DNA of 64,000 bases from an uncultured Alphaproteobacteria bacterium (GTDB lineage: Bacteria > Pseudomonadota > Alphaproteobacteria > Sphingomonadales > Sphingomonadaceae). Within the stretch, counting starts at the first letter, position 1. Each line of letters opens with the position of its first letter. This document shows, piece after piece, positions 57,260-64,000 of the stretch. The notes beneath the pieces are model-generated. The model searched no databases and was not told where the DNA came from. It was given only the letters and a program-made list of their open reading frames with translations. The stretch is taken from positions 85,288 through 149,287 of the forward strand of contig CAWHQE010000001.1 in assembly GCA_963831485.1 (NCBI GenBank), given 5' to 3'. The position numbers and the translations under genes were made by a program.

Positions 57260-59482
57260 TTAGCGGCCAATGCCCTTCAATGCCAAGTGAACTCCGATGC
57301 TGTTGCCAGCGCGGAAGGTGCCGATGCGCTCATAGTCGCGCTTCCACGTAAGTCCAATCTGCAAGCAATCGTCTTCGTACTGGATCCCGAGACGGTCGCG
57401 GACCGGCTCCCAGCCGTCGGCGGTCGACAGTGGATCCTCACTCGCATCAGTAAGATCGACGACCGCCGCCCCGAAGATCGACCAATAGCGGGTTAGGAGG
57501 ATTCGGCCTGCTACGCGAAGTTCCTCCACGTCTCTGAGGTCTTCGATGCTTGGGTCGACGTCGCGGTTCAACTTGAGATAGCCGATCTGCGCATAGGTCT
57601 GGGTCGTGCCGATGGTCAGATCGATCTCGTTGCGCCGAACCGCGAAATTGTCCTTGTCGATGCGGTATCTATGCGTGAGCTCGAGGAGCCGTCCGTAGCG
57701 AATGCTGGTTCTTCCCACGATGTCAGAGAGTCGATCGGTCAGGCCCGTTCCCTCGGGGAAGATGTCCGCGCGGTCTACCAGTCGGTAGCTCTGACCAATC
57801 GTGCTTTCGATCGAGAGGTTTGGCCGGTCGAGCGACCAATCGAACCCGTAGGTGATGCGGGAAGCATCTTCCCAGCGATCGTAGCCTGCGAAGCGGTTGA
57901 GCGCGAAAAGGTTGCCGTCCTCGAGATCGATGGACCTCGCGTCCTCGTTGGGGATGTCGAGGTTTTCAGTATGCGGCGTCAGCACCAGCTGCACCCGCGG
58001 AACCAGGCGTTGCACGCCGCCGAATAACGGGCCAATGAACGGCCATTGGACATCGGCCGCGAGTGCCCCGATGGCCCTCGTGTGCCAGCCGTCCGTGCCG
58101 CTGTAGATCGCGACCGTGGTGCTTTCCGCGTCGTCGGTATGATAGACGTCGCCCCGCCCGTAGGCGGTCAGCGTGATCTGCTGACCCCATGGAGTGATCC
58201 GCCTGAGATCCCATTCCGCGGCCGCGAAGGCCCGCTGCGTGTCCTGGCCCTCGATCCTCAATATCGACAGGCTGTTACCTTGCAATTGAAGCGTGCCGCC
58301 GAGCACATCCTCCATTCGGAACCGCGCGTCGATCGCCGGAAGGGCGATCGGGATCTGCTTCTGGCGGTCTTCTTCCTGGAGACCCTCGAACGCCCAACCG
58401 GCGATGGTGATGTAAGAATCCGTGTCGATCCGCTCGACATTGATGACGTTGCGCAGGCGGTCGTCGTTCGTGATGTCATACCGCCGCGTCATCGTCTTGT
58501 CCGAAGCGACTCGGAGCGACGTGGTGATGCTCCAGTAGGGATCGAGCTGGGCCTTGCCGTTGGCTTCGAAATAAGCGCGGAAGCCCTTCTTCGTGGACGT
58601 GACGTCGGGATCGATGCTCTCGATCGTTCCGTAGGTGAGGAACCCACCGATCTGAAACGCTCCCCATTTGTCGAGTTGCCGGTACTTCGCCTCGATTGCC
58701 GGCAAGACGCCTGTGTAGATATGTGGAGTCAGCGTGAAGTCGCGGTTGGGCCCGATCTGCCAGTGATAGGGCTCCGCGATTTCGAACCCCTTCTTGCTCG
58801 AAATGCTGAAGTCCGGAGCGAGCCAGCCAGTTGCGCCCTCGTTTCCCGTGCTCACTTTGAAGATTGGAAGCAGGGGCAGGGTGATTCCGAACAGCTGGAA
58901 CCGGCCGCCGATGAACCGCACCTGCTCGTGGTCCGGATCGTCGATGACCTTCGCCGCCGTGATCGCCCAGCTCGGCCGCTTTGGACAGCCTGTCGACGTC
59001 GTGACGGGGCAGGGCGAATAAATCGCATTGTCCAGCGTGGTGAGGTTGCCCGTGCGGGTCCCGCGCGCGGCTGCGATCCTCGCCCCGTTCTCCATGACGA
59101 CCATCAGGTCGTTGACGGTTCCGTCCTTCAGCGTGTCGGTGAGCTGCACGGTATCGCCGACGAGCTTATCGCCTTGCGGGGTAAGCAGCACGACATTGCC
59201 CTGCGCGTAGACCTGGCCGGTCTTGCGGTTCCAGATCACCTTGTCCGCGGCGAGATAGTTCCCCTCGCGGTCCATGCGCACCGCGCCCGCGGCGGTCACT
59301 ACATCGGCGTCGCTGTCATAAGTGACGGATTCGGCACTGAACTCGACGATTTGATCCTGAGAATTCGTAGGGGAGGCCGGAGTAGTGGACGCCGGTGCCC
59401 GCGGCGCGGCCTGCGCTGACGCCGCTGCCGGTATCGTCATCAGCATCGGAAGCGCTGACCACCAGACAAATCTCGCCGCCAA
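57260..59482 (-). CDS. lptD: LPS assembly protein LptD
   Basis: OstA-like N-terminus, CPVTT...PSWAITA, beta-barrel C-terminus with YEDDC; heads the surA-pdxA-rsmA operon. Confidence 0.92.
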   Translation of the reverse strand: MAARFVWWSALPMLMTIPAAASAQAAPRAPASTTPASPTNSQDQIVEFSAESVTYDSDADVVTAAGAVRMDREGNYLAADKVIWNRKTGQVYAQGNVVLLTPQGDKLVGDTVQLTDTLKDGTVNDLMVVMENGARIAAARGTRTGNLTTLDNAIYSPCPVTTSTGCPKRPSWAITAAKVIDDPDHEQVRFIGGRFQLFGITLPLLPIFKVSTGNEGATGWLAPDFSISSKKGFEIAEPYHWQIGPNRDFTLTPHIYTGVLPAIEAKYRQLDKWGAFQIGGFLTYGTIESIDPDVTSTKKGFRAYFEANGKAQLDPYWSITTSLRVASDKTMTRRYDITNDDRLRNVINVERIDTDSYITIAGWAFEGLQEEDRQKQIPIALPAIDARFRMEDVLGGTLQLQGNSLSILRIEGQDTQRAFAAAEWDLRRITPWGQQITLTAYGRGDVYHTDDAESTTVAIYSGTDGWHTRAIGALAADVQWPFIGPLFGGVQRLVPRVQLVLTPHTENLDIPNEDARSIDLEDGNLFALNRFAGYDRWEDASRITYGFDWSLDRPNLSIESTIGQSYRLVDRADIFPEGTGLTDRLSDIVGRTSIRYGRLLELTHRYRIDKDNFAVRRNEIDLTIGTTQTYAQIGYLKLNRDVDPSIEDLRDVEELRVAGRILLTRYWSIFGAAVVDLTDASEDPLSTADGWEPVRDRLGIQYEDDCLQIGLTWKRDYERIGTFRAGNSIGVHLALKGIGR

Positions 59483-59647
59483 CGCTGTCTCGCCCGCCCA
59501 CTCGTAATGATGTGCCTTGGCAAGCGCCTATCGCACCTCTCCTTCGGGACGACAATCGCCCAGAGCAGCCTGTCGCCGCTCCTTTGCCAAGGTTGGACTT
59601 GCATCCTAAAGGCAGCGCGAACGTTCGCCTTCAGGGAATAGGGACAA

Positions 59648-61117
59648 ATGGAAATTCGCTTCGCCGATAGCCGGCCTACGGGAGAATTCGCTCTAGTTCT
59701 GCCGATTGCGGGCAAGGACCGGAAGAGCCTGGGGTCGCTCGGAACAGCGCAGCAGGCGGTCGGCGCCGCGCTGGACCGCCAACGCTTCGAAGGTGAGGCA
59801 TCGGCAGTATCGGAGCAGTTCGTCGAGGAAGGCGGCACGTCGCGGCGTGTCCTAATTGTTGGCGTCGGCGTCGGAACGAGCCCCGACAAAGCGGCCGAGC
59901 AGCTCGGCGGCACCGCCGCTGCCAGGCTATTGACCTCCGGTGAGAAGCGGGCCGTCATCGACCTCAGCGGACTCGGCTACGACGTCGACGCCGCAGCCCG
60001 TGCCGGCCTTGCGGCAGCGCTCCGCTCGTGGCGGCACGACCGTTATCGCACGAAGCTCAAGGACAATCAGAAGCCGACGCTTGAAGAAGTCGTCGTGGTT
60101 GGTGGCGCTGACGGTGCGCAGCAGCGCTACGACAGCCGCTGGGCGGCCGTGGCTCAAGGCGTATCGCTCACCCGTGAGCTCGTCACCGAGCCGGCGAACA
60201 TCATGTATCCGGAGAGCTTTGTCGAACGCGTCCGCGCATCGCTCGAAGGGTCGGGGGTCGAGATCGAGGTCCTCAACAGAGCGCAGATGGAGAAGCTCGG
60301 AATGGGCGCGCTGCTCGGCGTGGCTCAGGGTTCGGCGCGGGAAGCTCGTCTGCTCATTCTGAAATGGAACGGCGGCAGTGCGGGCGAACCAACCGCGTTC
60401 GTCGGCAAGGGCGTCACGTTCGACACGGGCGGCATCTCGATCAAGCCGGCCGCCGGCATGGAAGCGATGAAGTGGGACATGGGTGGAGCCGGCGCGGTTG
60501 CCGGCGTGTTCAAGGCGATTTCGCTCCGCAAGGCAAAGGCGAACGTCGTCGGGATCTGCGGCCTCGTCGAGAACATGCCGGGAGGCAATGCCCAGCGTCC
60601 GGGCGACGTCGTTACAACGCTGTCCGGGCAGACGGTCGAGGTGATTAACACCGACGCGGAGGGCAGGCTCGTGCTCGCCGACGCGGTCGCCTATGTGCAG
60701 CACAACTACAAGCCGAAGACCGTTATTGACCTAGCGACACTCACCGGCGCGATCCTCATCAGCCTCGGCCATGAATGGGCCGGACTATTTTCGAACAATG
60801 AGGAGCTGGCGAGGGAGTTGCTGAAGGCGGCCGACGAATCGGGTGACAAGCTATGGCGCATGCCGCTCGCGGAGCCATTCGACCGCCTGATCAATTCGCC
60901 GATTGCCGACATGAAGAACGTCGGTCCACGCGAGGGCGGGTCGATTACCGCCGCGCAGTTCATCCAGCGTTTCATCGAGAACGGAACGCGCTGGGCGCAC
61001 ATCGACATGGCCGGTAAGGCTTGGTCCGACAAGGCGAGCTCGACCTATGACAAGGGTGCGACGGGCTATGGCGTCCGTTTGCTCGACCAATATGTCGAGG
61101 ACGTGCTGGAAGCCTGA
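59648..61117 (+). CDS. pepA: Leucyl aminopeptidase (M17)
   Basis: VGKGVTFDTGGISIK, MKWDMGG and NTDAEGRL motifs. Confidence 0.96.
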   Translation: MEIRFADSRPTGEFALVLPIAGKDRKSLGSLGTAQQAVGAALDRQRFEGEASAVSEQFVEEGGTSRRVLIVGVGVGTSPDKAAEQLGGTAAARLLTSGEKRAVIDLSGLGYDVDAAARAGLAAALRSWRHDRYRTKLKDNQKPTLEEVVVVGGADGAQQRYDSRWAAVAQGVSLTRELVTEPANIMYPESFVERVRASLEGSGVEIEVLNRAQMEKLGMGALLGVAQGSAREARLLILKWNGGSAGEPTAFVGKGVTFDTGGISIKPAAGMEAMKWDMGGAGAVAGVFKAISLRKAKANVVGICGLVENMPGGNAQRPGDVVTTLSGQTVEVINTDAEGRLVLADAVAYVQHNYKPKTVIDLATLTGAILISLGHEWAGLFSNNEELARELLKAADESGDKLWRMPLAEPFDRLINSPIADMKNVGPREGGSITAAQFIQRFIENGTRWAHIDMAGKAWSDKASSTYDKGATGYGVRLLDQYVEDVLEA

Positions 61118-61129
61118 ACTGGAGCGGCC

Positions 61130-61567
61130 GTGCAGGTCGATTTCTACCAACTCGCCGGCACGGCTCCTGAAGGGGTCATCGCCAGTCTGGCGGAGAAGGT
61201 GCTCGCCGCCGACGGACGACTCTTGATCGTTGCAGAGGATGAGAATTATCTAGCCCGACTAGAAAGGATGCTGTGGGATCAGGGAGCCGTCACCTTCCTT
61301 CCCCACGCGGTGGCCGGCGGCGCCGAAGATGCGCGCCAGCCCATTCTCCTTTCGACCAGCCCCGATGCACCAAACCTCGCTCGCAACATGCTGATAGCAG
61401 ACGGGGTCTGGAGGGATGCCGCGCTGTCCTATGACCGCAGCTTCTTCCTCTTCGACAATGCGACGCTGGAGGATGCGCGGCTCGCGTGGAAGTTGCTGGC
61501 GGGTAGGGAAGGGCTCGAGCGACGCTACTGGGCGCTGGAAAGCGGCAAATGGGCCAGAAAGGCGTGA
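61130..61567 (+). CDS. holC: DNA polymerase III chi subunit
   Basis: VDFYQL and [12 protein letters not shown] motifs; follows pepA. Confidence 0.88.
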   Translation: MQVDFYQLAGTAPEGVIASLAEKVLAADGRLLIVAEDENYLARLERMLWDQGAVTFLPHAVAGGAEDARQPILLSTSPDAPNLARNMLIADGVWRDAALSYDRSFFLFDNATLEDARLAWKLLAGREGLERRYWALESGKWARKA

Positions 61568-61643
61568 GGCTTGCCGCGCGGCGACTGCACCGCTAGGCGG
61601 CCCAGCAAATCCCAACCAACCCAATACAGGAGACCGCCCGGTC

Positions 61644-62066
61644 ATGGCCGTGACGCGCACCTTTTCGATCATCAAGCCCGATGCGACCCGCCGAAACCTC
61701 ACGGGCGCAGTGACCAAGATGCTGGAGGAAGCCGGCCTTCGAGTCGTTGCTTCCAAGCGCATTCACATGACCCGCGACCAGGCCGAAGGCTTTTACGCCG
61801 TCCACAAGGAGCGGCCATTCTACAACGACCTCTGCACCTTCATGACGTCAGGTCCGGTCGTGGTTCAGATCCTCGAGGGTGAGGATGCGGTGAAGCGCAA
61901 CCGCGATGTCATGGGCGCAACCAATCCCGCCGACGCCGCGGAAGGAACGATCCGCAAGAGCTACGCAGAATCGATCGAGGCGAATTCAGTCCACGGTTCC
62001 GACAGCGACGAGAACTCGAAGATCGAGATCGACTTCTTCTTCAAGCCCGAAGAGATCGTCGGCTAA
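61644..62066 (+). CDS. ndk: Nucleoside diphosphate kinase
   Basis: TFSIIKPDA and NSVHGSDS motifs; ATG 61644. Confidence 0.97.
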   Translation: MAVTRTFSIIKPDATRRNLTGAVTKMLEEAGLRVVASKRIHMTRDQAEGFYAVHKERPFYNDLCTFMTSGPVVVQILEGEDAVKRNRDVMGATNPADAAEGTIRKSYAESIEANSVHGSDSDENSKIEIDFFFKPEEIVG

Positions 62067-62076
62067 CGCCCTCACG

Positions 62077-62097
62077 CGATGCTCGATCAGAGCATCG
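62077..62097. terminator. Hairpin between convergent ndk and cls
   Basis: CGATGCTC-gatca-GAGCATCG 8-bp stem; no U tract. Confidence 0.4.
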
Positions 62098-63519
62098 GGC
62101 TGAAGTCGCTAGAAGATTCTGCCAGAGCCGCAAGATGATGCTGTAACTGGCCACATCCGCGGCCGTCACGCGATCGCACTGGGAGAGATATTCGTCCTGT
62201 CGGTCGCGGACGGCCATGGCGAAAGCCGGATCCTCGAACAGAATATTGTTCTCGAAATTGAGCTCGAAGCTGCGGCGGTCGAGGTTCGCGCTTCCGATTA
62301 GTCCGACGGCGCAGTCGACAACCATCGTCTTGGCGTGGAGGAGGCCCGGGCGGAATTCGTAGATCTCGGCGCCCGCGTCGATCAGGTCCTTGTAATAGCT
62401 GCGGCTCGACGCGGCGACGATCCGGCTGTCGTTCCGCTTCGGGAAGAGGATCACCGTTCGGACGCAGCGTCGTGCCGCTGACGTGAGGGCGAACAGCAAC
62501 TGCTCATCGGGAATGAAATAGGGCGTCGTCACCACCAGCTCGTCTCGCGCCGAGTGGATGAGCTCGGAGAAGCAGGCCGGCATCGCGTCGAATTCGGCCG
62601 TCGGCCCGGTGCCGAGCACCTGAGCGACGACGGCACCTTGACCTTCAGGCGTCGGTGCGGTCAGCAAGTCGCCGATCTCGTCGCCGCCTTCTGCGATCCA
62701 GTCCGAGACGAACAGATACTGGCACTGCTGTGCCACGGCACCTTCCCACCGGCTCATGATGTCGACCCACGGGGCGTATTTGGCCTTGATCCGGAACTCG
62801 GGGTCGGCGGCGTTCTGGCTGCCGCACCAGGCGATTCGATTGTCGACGATCATCGATTTGCGGTGATTGCGGAGGTCGACGCGGCCGCGGATCGCAGTCC
62901 ACAGCGGGTTGCCGACGGGGAGGGCGACCCTAACCTCGCATCCGGCGTCGCGCATCTCGCGCCAGTGATCCGACCTGATGAGGCGGCGCGAGCCAAGCGC
63001 GTCCGCCAGGAGCCGCACGTGAACGCGGCGCCCTGCGGCCCTGATGAAGGCATCCTTCAGCTTCAGCCCGTTGTTGTCGGCGAGCCAAATGTAGAAGCAC
63101 CCGTGGACGGTCTCCCGCGCCGTATCGATGTCCGCGATCATCTCATCGATGGCGGCGTTGCTGTCGTGCGCGAGGCGGGCGCTGTTGTTGCAGGTTGGGT
63201 CGAGGTGATTGACCGTGCGGGCGAGGGCGAAGGCGGCCCAATGGGCCCCCCCCACTTTTTCATGAGGACAGTCGTAGTTTCCCGCCGGACGCGGGAGCCG
63301 AGCGTTGATCTCGCGTCCTCGTCTTCTTCGTCCTGAACTGATGCGTGCCTCGCCGAGCAGCAGGTACAGAAAGACACCGACGACCGGCAGCAACAGCACG
63401 GCTATGATCCAAGCGAGGCGCGCGGCCGGTTCACGGTGAGGTCGCAACAAGGCGCGGATGATCGTCGCGGCATCCGCGAGGAAGATCGCCGCAGAGCTGA
63501 TGAACTCCCAGTTGAACAT
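62087..63519 (-). CDS. cls: Cardiolipin synthase, with a probable -1 indel near 62104
   Basis: Two HKD motifs (HRKSMIVD, HAKTMVVD), two N-terminal TM helices; the corrected end reads LLAT(L/F)SPML*. Confidence 0.92.
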
Positions 63520-63558
63520 TGCGCCTAATGCCGCACATCGCGGCGCGGCTGTCCAGCC

Positions 63559-64000
63559 TTAGCGACTGAGGCCCAAGAAATGCAGCGATCGCCCGCCGAA
63601 CAGACCACCGCCTCTCCACACATAGCGCAACGTGTAGGTGGCAGAGGCGGTCTTCTCTTTGCCGGCTTCGACGTAATGAGCTGTCACGCGCGTCTGGACG
63701 CTGAGCGGACGATCCTTCGGCTCAGTTTCGTGGCCCTTGAGCGCCGCCGCCACATCATTTGAATCGACAACACCGTCGCTTCCGACTTCGATCGCAGATG
63801 CGCCGGGCAGTGTGATCGTGAGCGATTCGAGGGCGTGAGTCGGTTCGACAGGGCTGATCTCCAGCCTTTCGCCGTCGTCCTCCCTCTTGCCGCGCAAGGT
63901 GAGCGGAACGTTTTGGCGTTGTTCGACCACGACCTTGGTCGGCTTCTCGTTGCCGTTGCTCTTCCAGCTAATCCAGACCCCCACTGCGGAGACGATCAGC
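63559..64000 (-). CDS. Hypothetical membrane-anchored protein (5' end outside the window)
   Basis: Frame open to the window edge (LIVSAVGVWISWK TM segment), then a beta-rich domain. Confidence 0.6.
   Translation of the reverse strand, partial: LIVSAVGVWISWKSNGNEKPTKVVVEQRQNVPLTLRGKREDDGERLEISPVEPTHALESLTITLPGASAIEVGSDGVVDSNDVAAALKGHETEPKDRPLSVQTRVTAHYVEAGKEKTASATYTLRYVWRGGGLFGGRSLHFLGLSR

Noticed and set aside
58046-59419. Long antisense ORFs such as 457 aa opposite lptD, 418 aa opposite DUF885, 362 aa opposite nuoL and 357 aa opposite the kinase
   Set aside because: Shadow ORFs are expected in GC-rich DNA with strong codon bias; they show no recognisable motifs and are fully explained by the sense genes.
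59483-59647. Absence of lptF/lptG between pepA and lptD
   Set aside because: This differs from some alphaproteobacteria, but the genes may simply be elsewhere; the spacer shows no remnant and looks like divergent promoters.

Overview
GC-rich alphaproteobacterial core-genome segment; gene content, order and protein signatures look sphingomonad. It carries the end of the NADH dehydrogenase operon (nuoG-N), birA, coaX, rnj, gltX/gltA, lexA, ppiD, tpiA, secG, pyrG, trxB, truA/fmt/recR/def, rmuC, the chvI-chvG-hprK-rapZ-EIIA-ptsH cluster, pckA, guaB, lptD-surA-pdxA-rsmA, pepA, holC, ndk and cls. I saw no rRNA, tRNA, CRISPR array, integrase or transposase. Main observations: (1) ten single-base frameshifts in otherwise intact genes, seven in or beside a GANTC motif, which suggests m6A/CcrM-driven sequencing errors; (2) a candidate cell-pole locus with a TipN/GPR-like coiled-coil gene, a degenerate nucleotidyltransferase-membrane fusion, a DUF2336-like gene and a PleC/DivJ-type kinase lacking its phospho-His, with a CtrA-like box; (3) a perhydrolase plus cNMP-binding/TrxR-like (no CxxC) gene pair between birA and coaX behind a structured leader; (4) divergent DUF885 paralogues beside a secreted amidohydrolase; (5) a comEC remnant, perfect SOS boxes at lexA and rmuC, two EcfG-type promoters, an unannotated 49-aa protein and an fmt gene with atypical codon usage. 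All family assignments are from motif recognition only; no database search was run.
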